Below are positions 19,933-30,003 of a DNA stretch of 64,000 nucleotides, piece by piece. Every line of letters begins with the position of its first letter. The stretch's first letter is position 1. The position numbers were made by a program, and so were the translations under genes. The notes beneath the pieces are model-generated. The model saw only the letters and a list, made by a program, of their open reading frames with translations, had not been told where the DNA came from and did not search any database. The stretch is taken from the NCBI GenBank assembly GCA_963713865.1, contig OY970208.1, forward strand, positions 2,560,001 through 2,624,000. The letters run 5' to 3'. Source of the DNA: an uncultured candidate division Zixibacteria bacterium. GTDB lineage: Bacteria > Zixibacteria > MSB-5A5 > RBG-16-43-9.

Positions 19933-20205
19933 AATTCCGCCTTTTTAAGGTTAGAGGTTTACTTTAATATTCTGACTAATCAGTAATATAATAACTCAAA
20001 AAAGGGGGAAAACGAGTGAATTATTTATAGAATTAAGATTGTAGAGATTGAACAGTTAGCTGAGCAAACATAGATATCTGCCTTCGCAAGCTCACCCCAA
20101 TGATAGGTCGATCTCTTGAACCTCTCCCTTGCTCTTGTAAAGGAGAGGGAATTGACCTCACCCTTGCCCTCTTCTTTTCAAGTAGAGGATCAGGGAGAGG
20201 TTTAA

Positions 20206-20275
20206 TTGGAGTGCATTAACTTGTCGAATTTGACCTTGAGGTTAATGCTTGCAAAAACAAACTTTTGCACTCCAA
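20206..20275. repeat. GGAGTGCA...TGCA(C/T)TCC composite repeat, copy 1 (reverse orientation)
   Basis: Shares terminal inverted repeats and the cctcaaggtcaa core with 29855-29980 and 44597-44676. Confidence 0.75.
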
Positions 20276-20345
20276 CAAAAATGGGCAACCCACCGGGTCG
20301 CCCCTATCATCCGCTGACCACTAACAACTAACCACTGTTTTTTAC

Positions 20346-20418
20346 AGCCACCGACCCGAATCGAACGGGTGACCGGCTGATTACGAATCAGCTGCTCTGC
20401 CATCTGAGCTACGGTGGC
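20346..20418 (-). tRNA. tRNA-Thr(CGT)
   Basis: Cloverleaf GCCACCG...; anticodon arm gctga-TT CGT AA-tcagc; GTTCGATT T-loop; CCA not encoded. Confidence 0.95.
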
Positions 20419-20498
20419 GAAAACAGTTTGATCGTTTGTCCGTTTGGAGTTTGAAGAAACTTCGAACAAACTAACAAACTTACAAACGGTATTATAAA

Positions 20499-20571
20499 TG
20501 CCACCCCCCAGAATTGAACTGGGCACACACGGATTTTCAGTCCGTTGCTCTACCGACTGAGCTAGAGTGGC
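20499..20571 (-). tRNA. tRNA-Phe(GAA)
   Basis: GCCACTC acceptor; acgga-CT GAA AA-tccgt; CCA not encoded. Confidence 0.95.
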
Positions 20572-20761
20572 AAATAGAACTTATTAACTTTAAACTCTAC
20601 GCAATAATATAGAAATCAGCGAATTATTTCCCTTTATTAAAAGGGAAATCTATCTTTGTTAATCGGCAATTTATATTACATCCCCACTTTGTCAAGCGAA
20701 AAAAGACAATTTAACGCTTTGCAGGCAGGTTTTACTTGTAAATAATACACACCATTAGCAA

Positions 20762-21100
20762 TTAATTCAAAATTTTATAATTTAGAACCTCTAAAGGAGT
20801 GCCCTGCATACAGAAGGATGCTATAATTTTTATCTTACCTATTACCGTAATCTTTAATCCCTCTTTTTTAATTCCAATCGACCTTTCACCTACGAGTTCG
20901 TATGATATGCCTGAGTTTGAAACTAAAATCCAGCATTCATACTCTACACCTCTTTTCACTGTACCAGTTACTATTATAAGGTCACCTTCTCCTTCAGACT
21001 TGAAAGGATTCTCACAACCTGAAAAAAATAAAAATAACCAAATCAGCAAAATAATAACTGCGATTTCTTTCCCAGGTATTTTTGATTTCAGAATATTCAT
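20762..21100 (-). CDS. Putative lipoprotein (OB-fold/DUF5818-like)
   Basis: Lipobox FSGC; GVEYECW...SFCMQG cysteine pair; GGGAGG RBS. Confidence 0.7.
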   Translation of the reverse strand: MNILKSKIPGKEIAVIILLIWLFLFFSGCENPFKSEGEGDLIIVTGTVKRGVEYECWILVSNSGISYELVGERSIGIKKEGLKITVIGKIKIIASFCMQGTPLEVLNYKILN

Positions 21101-21153
21101 TTAACCCTCCCTGAACTAACCACTCTCACTAATCACCAATCACTGTTTTTAAC

Positions 21154-21227
21154 TGCGCCCAGAGGGATTTGAACCCCCAACCATCTGATCCGTAGTCAGG
21201 CGCTCTATCCAGTTGAGCTATGGGCGC
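21154..21227 (-). tRNA. tRNA-Arg(ACG)
   Basis: GCGCCCA acceptor; ctga-CT ACG GA-tcag; CCA not encoded. Confidence 0.95.
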
Positions 21228-21303
21228 ATAGATATTAAAAATACGAAACTTATCCTCCATACCAATATAAATTTTATAGAAGCCCTGTCAAATATTTTTA
21301 TTT

Positions 21304-21339
21304 AAAAAATATACCCACGTTGGGGGCAATGTGGGTATA
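21304..21339 (-). terminator. Intrinsic terminator-like hairpin downstream of ftsZ (see findings for the sRNA alternative)
   Basis: Minus strand: tatacccacattg-cccc-caacgtgggtata followed by T6. Confidence 0.7.
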
Positions 21340-21385
21340 CCGGTTTCACTATAACAAAGACAAAAGGTCAGTCAATTAAATAATT

Positions 21386-21452
21386 CGCGTAGCAGTCCCG
21401 CCTTTGGCGGGATTAGATCTCTGCTACTGAGCCCTGAAGGCTCAGCTACACG
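21386..21452. repeat. Composite REP element of about 67 bp; second copy inverted at 40757-40823
   Basis: cgcgtag.agtcccgcctttggcgggattaga.ctctg followed by a second hairpin in both copies. Confidence 0.75.
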
Positions 21453-21497
21453 TTCTTTTTTCTCCAAATACCAAACGAACAAACTCCAAACTGTATT

Positions 21498-22664
21498 CTA
21501 TTCCCCGTTTTTTCTCAGGGTCCCTTCCTGTTTACGGAGATAAGCTGGTATTTCTAAGTCATCCTGAGAAAAAATAGTATCCCGGTTCTTGGGCATAAGA
21601 ATCTCCTGAGTGGGATTTTCTTTTTTGGGCAAACGGGGTTTTTCAAAGACCAGTTTACGGGTGGAGAAAAGATCCTGCTCTGATTCCTTTTCTTTTTTAC
21701 CAGTAGAATTACCAAAACCAGTCGCAATAACCGTAACCCTGATCTCATCCTTTAAGAAATCATCGATCACCGCACCCCAGATGATATTGGCCTCTGCCCC
21801 GGCTGCATCCATAATCACCGAAGAGGCTTCATTCACCTCAAATAAGGTCATATTCGTGCCGCCGGTTATATTGACCAAAACACCTTTGGCTCCAGAAATG
21901 GAAACATTTTCTAAAAGAGGACTGCAAATCGCCTTTTGAGCCGCCTCAACTGCTCTATTATCTCCAGTACCGTAGCCTGTTCCCATCAGAGCATCCCCCA
22001 TCTCTGACATAACTGTTTTCACGTCCGCAAAATCCAGGTTGATCAAACCCGGGACAGTAATCAGGTCAGATATCCCCTTGGTAGCTTGAAGTAGAACCTC
22101 ATCTGCATATCTGAAGGCTTCTAGAAGAGTAGTCTCTTTTTGCACTACTGATAAAAGTTTCTGGTTGGGTATTAAAATCAGAGTATCCACCCTTTGCTTC
22201 AGCTCCTCGACTCCTTGCAGGGCTTTAGACATCCGTTTCTTACCTTCGAAATCAAAAGGTTTGGTAACAACTGCAATGGTTAAAACACCCAATTCCTTAG
22301 CGATCTCAGCCACAATCGGCGCTGCACCGGTTCCAGTTCCACCGCCCATCCCTGCAGTAATAAAGACCATATCCGCACCATTCAATGCCTCAGCCACCAA
22401 TTCCCGGTCTTCTTCAATTGCCCTTCTGCCGACCTCCGGAATGGAACCTGCACCCAGCCCTTTGGTAAGCTTGGCTCCTATTTGAATCTTCTGGGAAGCG
22501 CGAGAATTATCTAAAGCTTGTGCATCCGTATTAATCGAGATAAACTCAACCCCGGAAAGTGCAGCATCAATCATCCGATTGATCGCATTTCCGCCTGCTC
22601 CCCCTACACCCACTACCTTCATCCGGGCGTATTCCTGTGCCCCCATGTCTAATTCAAAAAGCAT
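21498..22664 (-). CDS. ftsZ: Cell division protein FtsZ
   Basis: [23 protein letters not shown]-terminal LEIPAYLR. Confidence 0.98.
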   Translation of the reverse strand: MLFELDMGAQEYARMKVVGVGGAGGNAINRMIDAALSGVEFISINTDAQALDNSRASQKIQIGAKLTKGLGAGSIPEVGRRAIEEDRELVAEALNGADMVFITAGMGGGTGTGAAPIVAEIAKELGVLTIAVVTKPFDFEGKKRMSKALQGVEELKQRVDTLILIPNQKLLSVVQKETTLLEAFRYADEVLLQATKGISDLITVPGLINLDFADVKTVMSEMGDALMGTGYGTGDNRAVEAAQKAICSPLLENVSISGAKGVLVNITGGTNMTLFEVNEASSVIMDAAGAEANIIWGAVIDDFLKDEIRVTVIATGFGNSTGKKEKESEQDLFSTRKLVFEKPRLPKKENPTQEILMPKNRDTIFSQDDLEIPAYLRKQEGTLRKNGE

Positions 22665-22699
22665 AACCGACCTCCTGTCTTAAAAATATTTTAAATAGT

Positions 22700-23933
22700 T
22701 TATAAATATTCTCCAAAAAATCCTTTTACTTTTTGAGCAACCCGACTGAAAAATTTACCATTACTCATCTTTCTAAGCTTTCCCTTCTGCCCACCCAGAC
22801 CATATATAACTAAACCGATACCGGTAGTATTTACTGGATTGACCGCAATATCTAAAAGACCTGATACCCCTTTTACCTCTCCTTTTTTGACCGGCATATC
22901 AAAAACCTGTTCCGCTAAGTCCTCAACTCCTTCTAAAAGTGAACCTCCTCCAGTAAGAACTACTCCTGTAGCTAAGACATCCGCAAAGCTGGTCTTTTTT
23001 ACCTCGCGAAGAGCTAAACTGAAAATTTCCTCCATCCGTGGTTCGATTATGGCGGCTAATATACTTCTGGAAACCTCTCTCGGTTCCCGGCTTCCAACTC
23101 CAGGCACCTTTATCATCTCCTCAGAATCAGTTAATGAAGCTAATGCACATCCATAACTTTTCTTTAATTCTTCAGCTTGCTCCACTGGTGTTCTAAGCCC
23201 TATGGCTAAATCGTTAGTTACATTCCTGCCACCTAAGCTGATAACTGCAGTATGCCTTATGCATCCATCATAAAAAATAGCTACATTGGTAGTTCCACCA
23301 CCTATATCTATAAGTGCGACACCTAACTCTATATCTTCCGGAGTAAGGAGAGCCTGACTACAGGCTAAGGGTTCTAAAACTAAATCCTGAAGTTCATACC
23401 CGGCTCGTTTTATACTCCGGTGAATATTCTGGGCAGAGGTAACTGAGCCAGTAACGATATGCACTTCTACTTCCAGTCTTGTTCCACCCATCCCCTTAGG
23501 GTCTTTTATTCCAGACTGGTCATCCACAGTGAATTCCTGGGGAAGAACATGGATTATCTCCCTGTCCATAGGGATTGCCACAGTTTTCGCCGCTTCTATG
23601 GCTCTGTCGATTTCTGCCTGGCTTATCTCCCGATCTGGTTCTGGTTACTGCTATTACACCTCGACTATTAATACTGCGAATATGATCTCCAGCTATCCCG
23701 GCATAAATTGATTCAACCTTTACTCCAGCCATTAGCTCTGCATCCTGCACTGCCTTGATAATCGAGTTTACCGTCTGTTCCAGGTTCACCACCACGCCCC
23801 GTTTCAAACCTTCAGCCGGAGCTGTTCCCAGCCCAACGATCTTTATCTCCCCTTCTTCTCCTATCTCTCCGATTACTGCAGCAATTTTAGTTGTGCCTAT
23901 ATCCAGACCTGCCACTATATCTTCTTTACCCAT
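22700..23933 (-). CDS. ftsA: Cell division protein FtsA; one extra base at about 23639-23640
   Basis: LDIGTTK, DIGGGTT, LTGGGS; removing one base gives continuous VTRPDREISQAEIDRAIEAAKTVAIP. Confidence 0.95.
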
Positions 23934-24023
23934 AACCTACCTCTCTACGAGCCGAATCCCGCCTGAGGCGGATTATCGACTTCTTTTAAAGGCTTTTCTT
24001 TTTACCCTTAAGAATTTGTAAAT

Positions 24024-24755
24024 TTATCTAACCGGGTTTACTCCTTTGAAAATCACCTGGTCTTTAAATCTTAAATCTATACCTTTATACCCATCAAAAA
24101 CTAAATCTTTATTTAACCAGATAAATCTCTCAAACTTCTTTTGAAAATCACCTGCTCCAAAAAATATTTTAGTGCCAGTTTTTACTATGATGACCACTAA
24201 ATTATCTTTATCCTCTAAATTCATCTCCGAGATCTTCTCAAGAAATGAAGGTTTTTCTTTTTTAACGATTTTATAAAAAGTTAATGCTGTTCGGATCTCC
24301 GCATCCTCTATTCTGGCATAAGGCTTAAACCCTTGGGATTTAATCCCGTTGATCAGGGGCAGATCATAACTGTAACTATCTTTTAAGGGAATAATTTCTC
24401 CATTAACTGAAAGTCCATACAGCTTAGGTGAAAGTTTTAGATTCACCAACAGGTCCGGTTTTTTCTCCTGGACTCTTACCTGAATCTCTTGAGGAAAAAC
24501 TCTTTTGACTTCAACTGATTTTACCCTTTGATCTTTTTCAACCCTTTTTTCTATATCTTTCAAATTTATCCTGAAAATGTTCCTTTTTAATCTTACTCCA
24601 GAAAGCTTTAAAACCTCATCTTTGCTTAAATCTTCATTCCCGGATATATTAAGAACTTTAAGCTCAAACCAAGGTGAGCTGGTAAGGAAAAGCTCCATTG
24701 TCCTTACCCATAGAAAAACAAGCGCTAAAATCCCTATTAATGATATTTTTTTCAT
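24024..24755 (-). CDS. ftsQ: Cell division protein FtsQ/DivIB
   Basis: TM plus POTRA (ISGN, VKRVFP, VQEKKP), IDLRF; position in the dcw cluster. Confidence 0.9.
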   Translation of the reverse strand: MKKISLIGILALVFLWVRTMELFLTSSPWFELKVLNISGNEDLSKDEVLKLSGVRLKRNIFRINLKDIEKRVEKDQRVKSVEVKRVFPQEIQVRVQEKKPDLLVNLKLSPKLYGLSVNGEIIPLKDSYSYDLPLINGIKSQGFKPYARIEDAEIRTALTFYKIVKKEKPSFLEKISEMNLEDKDNLVVIIVKTGTKIFFGAGDFQKKFERFIWLNKDLVFDGYKGIDLRFKDQVIFKGVNPVR

Positions 24756-26137
24756 TTCCCTTTCTTTTTTAAGGCTGAAATGAGATTTTCACCTACCTTG
24801 TAAATATCCCCGGCTCCAATAGTTATCACCAGATCGTTTTCCCTTAAGATTCTCGAAAGGAATGGAATTATTTCTTCTTTCCGGGGTATATAGAAAACCT
24901 CCTTATGTCCAAACTCCTTTGCCTTTGAGACAATCAACTCACCCGTAATTCCCGGGACAGGTTCTTCCCTGGCTGGATAGATATCGGTCACGATCAAAAG
25001 GTCCGAGTCAAAAAAAGATTTACCGAATTCTTTATAAAAATCTTTGGTCCGGGAATAAAGATGAGGCTGAAAGATAGCGATTATCCTTTTTTTATATCCA
25101 TCTCTTGCCGCCTTGAGTGTAGCCTTTATTTCTGTGGGATGATGAGCATAGTCATCCGCAATCATCACTCTGTCTATCTCCCCTTTAATCTCGAATCGCC
25201 GGCTAACCCCTTTGAATTCAGACAGAGCTTTCTTCATCTTCTCGAAAGGAATTTCGAGCTCCAACCCTACACAGAGTGCCGCTAAACAGTTTTTTACATT
25301 GTGAATTCCGGGAACCAGAAGCGAAATCTCTCCCAAATCTTTACCTCTATTTCTTACTCTGAAAAAGCTTTGATTTTCTGAGAACTGGATGGAATGAGCC
25401 ACCAGATCAGCCTGTGGTACAAGCCCGTAGGTAACTATAGGTCTTTCTATCCCTGGTATAATCTCCTGTATAGCCTCCTCATCTAAGCACAAAATTACAC
25501 TGCCATAAAATGGAACTTTATTGACAAACTCTGTAAAGACCGATTTTATCTCCTCTAAATCTTTGTAATAATCTAAATGTTCAGCCTCTAAGGTGGTAAC
25601 TACGGCGATAGTAGGTGTAAGGCGCAAAAAGGAGCGATCGAACTCATCTGCTTCAGCCACTAAGTATTCCCCTTGACCCAATTTCGCATTACTCCCCAGG
25701 CTTTTTACCCTTCCTCCCACGATAATAGTCGGGTCTAAACCTGCTTCTGTCAAAATATGCCCGATCATAGAAGTTGTAGTTGTTTTACCATGAGTTCCAG
25801 CAACCCCTATGCCGTATTTCATCCTCATCAATTCCCCTAACATCTCTGCCCTTCTTATCACCGGGATCTTATTCTCTTTAGCAAAGAGAACTTCAGGGTT
25901 TGAGTCTTTAACGGCTGAGGAGATCACTAAAACATCTGCATCCTTCACATTTTCTTTTTTGTGCTCTAAAAAGATTTCAATCCCCAGCTTTTCTAATCTC
26001 TCAGTCGATTCAGAACTCCTTATATCCGAGCCAGTAACTTCATACCCGAGATTCCATAGAATCTCTGCAATCCCGCACATCCCGGTTCCGCCTATTCCAA
26101 CGAAATGAAGTTTTTTTACCTTTTTGAATTTCACCAT
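24752..26137 (-). CDS. murC: UDP-N-acetylmuramate--L-alanine ligase
   Basis: HFVGIGGTGM, GTHGKTTTT, EADEFD, DDYAHHPTE, FQPHLYSRT. Confidence 0.97.
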   Translation of the reverse strand: MVKFKKVKKLHFVGIGGTGMCGIAEILWNLGYEVTGSDIRSSESTERLEKLGIEIFLEHKKENVKDADVLVISSAVKDSNPEVLFAKENKIPVIRRAEMLGELMRMKYGIGVAGTHGKTTTTSMIGHILTEAGLDPTIIVGGRVKSLGSNAKLGQGEYLVAEADEFDRSFLRLTPTIAVVTTLEAEHLDYYKDLEEIKSVFTEFVNKVPFYGSVILCLDEEAIQEIIPGIERPIVTYGLVPQADLVAHSIQFSENQSFFRVRNRGKDLGEISLLVPGIHNVKNCLAALCVGLELEIPFEKMKKALSEFKGVSRRFEIKGEIDRVMIADDYAHHPTEIKATLKAARDGYKKRIIAIFQPHLYSRTKDFYKEFGKSFFDSDLLIVTDIYPAREEPVPGITGELIVSKAKEFGHKEVFYIPRKEEIIPFLSRILRENDLVITIGAGDIYKVGENLISALKKKGK

Positions 26138-26152
26138 ATATTAGTATTTTTC

Positions 26153-26213
26153 GTAGGGCGACCCTTTCAGGGTCGCTATTTTTTGTAGGAACGGGCTTAA
26201 AACCTGCCCCTAC
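26153..26213. repeat. Two GTAG-type REP palindromes inside the dcw operon
   Basis: gtagggcgaccctttcagggtcgc and gtaggaacgggcttaaaacctgcccctac. Confidence 0.7.
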
Positions 26214-26220
26214 ACATGTA

Positions 26221-27318
26221 CTATCTATTTAATAGCCTTACCATCTCATCCACGATTTGAGAAGTTGCCAGAGGTTTTGCTAACATCCTGGCTTTATCTG
26301 ATACCTTCTTTAACCTGTTATCATCTTTTATCAACTCTGCAATCAATCCTGCTAATTTTCCCCCATTAAGCTCTTTTTCCAAAATCACCTCAGCTGCCCC
26401 TTTTTCCTTTAAAGACAAAGCATTATATCTCTGATGATCAGCAGTGGCAAAAGGATAAGGGATCAAAATCACTGGTTTACCGCAGGCAGTTACCTCAGCC
26501 AGGGTTAAAGCCCCTGCCCGGCAAACTAAAAGATCAGACACCGCATAAGCAGAAGCCATATCCTGGATAAACGGCAGAACAGTTGAAGTCAAATTTATAC
26601 TTTTCATAAAATCTTTTATATCTTCAAAATCCTTGCTTCCAGTTTGCCAGAGAAACTGCAGGTTCTCATATTTCTTTAAATACTCCATCCCCTCTCTTAT
26701 TGCATTATTTATAGCTTTCGAACCCAGGCTGCCACCGAAGATAAAGACCGTTTTTTTATTTGGTTCCAAACTGAATTTTTTCAGCCCTTCTTCCCTATTT
26801 CCTGAAAATATCTCCTTCCTGATCGGGTTTCCTGTTATTCTAAGTTTTTTCTTAAAAAGAAAATATCTGGTTGAGTTCTGATAAGATAGAAAAACCTGAC
26901 CAGCTAACAGGGACAAAATCCTCGTAGATAAACCGGGATAGGAGTTCTGTTCCTGGATTACTGTCTTTTTACCCATAAGACTTGCCATTAATACAATTGG
27001 TAAACTAACATATCCGCCAGTTCCAATCACCATATCAGGATTGAATTTTTTAATAACCATCCTTGATTCTAAAAGACTTTTGACCAGGAATAAAGGTAAA
27101 ACCAAAAGCTCCTTTTTTAAAGATCGAGCCAGTCCTCTAACCGAGATAAATTCCAATTTGAAGTTGTTTTTTGGAACCAGCTCCTTTTCCAGGCCCTTCC
27201 TCGTTCCTACAAAAAGTATATCAGAGTTCGGAAACCTGAACTTAAATTCATTTGCTATAGCAATTGCCGGATAGATATGCCCTCCGGTACCTCCTCCAGC
27301 CAAAATCAATTTTACCAT
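26221..27318 (-). CDS. murG: Lipid II GlcNAc transferase
   Basis: GGGTGGHIYP, GTGGYVS, EQN, GNPIR, GGSLG, RAGA, HQRYNA. Confidence 0.97.
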   Translation of the reverse strand: MVKLILAGGGTGGHIYPAIAIANEFKFRFPNSDILFVGTRKGLEKELVPKNNFKLEFISVRGLARSLKKELLVLPLFLVKSLLESRMVIKKFNPDMVIGTGGYVSLPIVLMASLMGKKTVIQEQNSYPGLSTRILSLLAGQVFLSYQNSTRYFLFKKKLRITGNPIRKEIFSGNREEGLKKFSLEPNKKTVFIFGGSLGSKAINNAIREGMEYLKKYENLQFLWQTGSKDFEDIKDFMKSINLTSTVLPFIQDMASAYAVSDLLVCRAGALTLAEVTACGKPVILIPYPFATADHQRYNALSLKEKGAAEVILEKELNGGKLAGLIAELIKDDNRLKKVSDKARMLAKPLATSQIVDEMVRLLNR

Positions 27319-28424
27319 AACCTCCGATAGATTTTAAAACCTCTTTGTCTGGATACATTCAGGATTATCCCCACGCCGGCCAGATTGAAAAGAAGAGAAG
27401 AACCTCCGTAGCTTAAAAATGGCATTGGTATGCCGGTAGTGGGTAATAAACCCAGGACCACTCCACTATTTATTAGAAAATTAACGAAAATGGTAAAGGT
27501 CAAGCCAAAGGCTAAATAATATCCCAAAAGGTCTGGTGCACGCTGGGCTATCTGAGCTCCTCTCCAGACTAAAAGGAAAAATAAGATTATAACTCCAGAG
27601 ACCCAGAAAAACCCTCCTTCTTCACCGATAGTTGCTAAGATAAAATCGGTATGAGGTTCCGGCAGGAAAAAGAGCTTCTGTCTCCCCTCACCCAACCCCA
27701 CCCCGATTAATCCGCCATTCCCTAAAGACAAAACTGCTTGCTTGAGCTGATAACTACCCTTGAGCGGGTCTCTAAGAGCTTTACCATAATCAATCAATCT
27801 ATCCTTTTCATACCCGGTAAAATGGACAAACAGAAGCCCCAAGATTAAAACTGGTAAAGTTATAGCTAAAAGATGTCTTAACTTTGTCCCAGAAAGGTAA
27901 AGTAGAACCAACGAGCTTAAGACTAAAGTAAAGACCCCTCCTAAATGTGGCTCTTTCAGGATAAGTAAAGTAGCGCTTCCTAAAACAATTAAAAAAGGCA
28001 CAGCTAGATGCTTGAACTGTTTAATCTTCTCCCCTTTCTTAACCAGGGTAAAAGCCATATAGATGATGAATGAAGGTCTGAAAAATTCACTGGGTTGAAA
28101 CCCGATTGGACCAATCCTGAACCATCTATGTACCCCCTTGGTTGCACTCTGGAAGAGGACCAGGACTAAAAAGGCTAAAGAGGAGAAAAGAAAAACATAC
28201 GAAATTTTTTCAAGCTTGTGATAATCTATCTTTAAAAACACGAAGAAAACAGCAGAGGAGATTATTATCCAGATGCACTGTCTGATCAAAAAAAATGTGC
28301 TATCTTTTTTCATTTTAAAATCAGCCAGAATAGCAGAGGCTGAATAGATCATCACCATCCCCAGGAAAACCAGTATCAGGATAATGAAAAGAAGCATAAA
28401 ATCTGGTTTGGAACGATCAGTCAT
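27312..28424 (-). CDS. ftsW: SEDS peptidoglycan polymerase
   Basis: RW, FQPSE, LPEPHTDFI, PFLSYGGSS; multi-TM. Confidence 0.95.
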   Translation of the reverse strand: MTDRSKPDFMLLFIILILVFLGMVMIYSASAILADFKMKKDSTFFLIRQCIWIIISSAVFFVFLKIDYHKLEKISYVFLFSSLAFLVLVLFQSATKGVHRWFRIGPIGFQPSEFFRPSFIIYMAFTLVKKGEKIKQFKHLAVPFLIVLGSATLLILKEPHLGGVFTLVLSSLVLLYLSGTKLRHLLAITLPVLILGLLFVHFTGYEKDRLIDYGKALRDPLKGSYQLKQAVLSLGNGGLIGVGLGEGRQKLFFLPEPHTDFILATIGEEGGFFWVSGVIILFFLLVWRGAQIAQRAPDLLGYYLAFGLTFTIFVNFLINSGVVLGLLPTTGIPMPFLSYGGSSLLFNLAGVGIILNVSRQRGFKIYRRLW

Positions 28425-29791
28425 TATTTTTTACCTTTCAGATTCAAGACTGTGAGTTTAAATACTCTACCCCTATCCTCATAATCCTTAAACATATCAA
28501 AACTGGCGCAGGCAGGAGAAAGTAGAACACAATCACCTTTTTCCGCTTTCTGGAAACCCAATTCTACCCCCTCTTTCATAGAATCAACCAAATAAGTAGG
28601 GACCAGATCACCTAAGGCATCCTTTATCTTCTCCTTAGCCTGACCCAACAATATCAAACCTTTTACCTTTTTCTGAACCAGTTCCCTCAATTTACTGAAA
28701 TCCCCACCCTTGTCTTTACCACCAGCTATAAGGAATATTGGCTCCTTTATACTCTGCAGAGCATAAAAAACAGAATCTACATTCGTAGCCTTTGAATCGT
28801 TGACAAACCTTATCTGGTCGATTATCACCACCTCCTCCAAGCGGTGTTCCACTCCTTTGAAACTTCTTAAAGCTTTTTCCATTGACTCTTTCTTGACACC
28901 TAAAACCCCGCAGATTGCGCAGGCAGCTGCAGAATTAGCCAGGTTATGAGGACCTTTTATACCTATCTCCTCAACCGGTATTACTTCTTCGATTTTTCCA
29001 TTAAGCTGGAAAACCAGATTTCCGTTTTTTACATAAGAGCCTACTTTTAATTCGCTGTTAGTGCTGAAAAACAAACTTTTTGCTCTGGAAAGTGGTGCCA
29101 GCTTGGATGTTACCGGGTCGTCCCAGTTCAAAACTACAAAATCCTTTTCGGTTTGGTTCTCCAGGATTCTTAATTTTGCATCGGTATAACTTTTCAAATC
29201 AGGATAACGGTCTAAATGGTCCGGAGTAATATTTAAAATAGCAGAGACTTTAGGGCTGAACTCCTCAATCTTTTCTAACTGAAAACTGGAGATCTCTAAA
29301 ACGATTATACCTCCACTGGAGACCTCCTGCACCACGCTCGAAAAGGGAACTCCGATATTGCCCGCCACTTTGCATTCCCTGCCATCTTCTTTAAATATCT
29401 CACCTACCAGAGTAGTGGTAGTAGTTTTTCCATTCGAGCCAGTGATACCGACAACTTGTGCTTCCGTTAACCAGAAAGCTACTTCGATTTCTGAGAAGAT
29501 AGGAATCCCTTTTTCTTGAGCTTCAACTAATATGGGAAGATCCGCAGAGACGCCAGGACTTATAACCAGATAATCCTGGTAATCGATTGCCTTCTTTGTA
29601 TGCCCGCCTGTTTCATATTCTATACCTGATCTTTTCAACTCCAGAATCTCAGGGGACAGATTCTCCTCTTCTTTCTTTTCAGTAATAAAAACTTGAGCAT
29701 CTAAGCTCTTTAAAAGCTTAGCTATTGCCATCCCGGAACGAGCCATTCCAAAAATTGAGACTTTTTTACCTCTAACCCGATCCGCTCTCAC
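28424..29791 (-). CDS. murD: UDP-MurNAc-L-Ala--D-Glu ligase
   Basis: GSNGKTTT, EISSFQL, DHLDRY, NDSKATN, SPACASFD; GTG start at 29791 with GAGG RBS. Confidence 0.96.
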   Translation of the reverse strand: MRADRVRGKKVSIFGMARSGMAIAKLLKSLDAQVFITEKKEEENLSPEILELKRSGIEYETGGHTKKAIDYQDYLVISPGVSADLPILVEAQEKGIPIFSEIEVAFWLTEAQVVGITGSNGKTTTTTLVGEIFKEDGRECKVAGNIGVPFSSVVQEVSSGGIIVLEISSFQLEKIEEFSPKVSAILNITPDHLDRYPDLKSYTDAKLRILENQTEKDFVVLNWDDPVTSKLAPLSRAKSLFFSTNSELKVGSYVKNGNLVFQLNGKIEEVIPVEEIGIKGPHNLANSAAACAICGVLGVKKESMEKALRSFKGVEHRLEEVVIIDQIRFVNDSKATNVDSVFYALQSIKEPIFLIAGGKDKGGDFSKLRELVQKKVKGLILLGQAKEKIKDALGDLVPTYLVDSMKEGVELGFQKAEKGDCVLLSPACASFDMFKDYEDRGRVFKLTVLNLKGKK

Positions 29792-29854
29792 ATAAACCTC
29801 TCTTCTATCACACAGAACTTTCAATTTCTCCCCGCAAACCCTTATCCTTTTTTC

Positions 29855-29980
29855 TGGAGTGCAAGAGCTTGTCGTAGCGAAGCGAAGATCCCGTTTTTTC
29901 GGGACTCTTGCTTTTTCAAAGCATCAGCCTCAAGGTCAAATTCGACCTCAAGGTCAAATTCGACAAGCTGATGCATTCCG
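29855..29980. repeat. GGAGTGCA composite repeat, copy 2, with an internal 18-bp tandem duplication
   Basis: cctcaaggtcaaattcga at 29928-29945 and 29946-29963. Confidence 0.75.
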
Positions 29981-30003
29981 ATTTCATCCTTTGAACCCTT
30001 TTT

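Noticed and set aside
20242..20526. 94-aa ORF on the minus strand
   Set aside because: It runs through tRNA-Thr, part of tRNA-Phe and repeat tracts.
20346..21227. tRNA-targeted genomic island or prophage
   Set aside because: No integrase and no duplicated tRNA 3' end seen near any of the five tRNAs.
29928..29963. 18-bp direct repeat as a mini-CRISPR or att site
   Set aside because: It is an adjacent tandem duplication with no spacer, inside a dispersed repeat.
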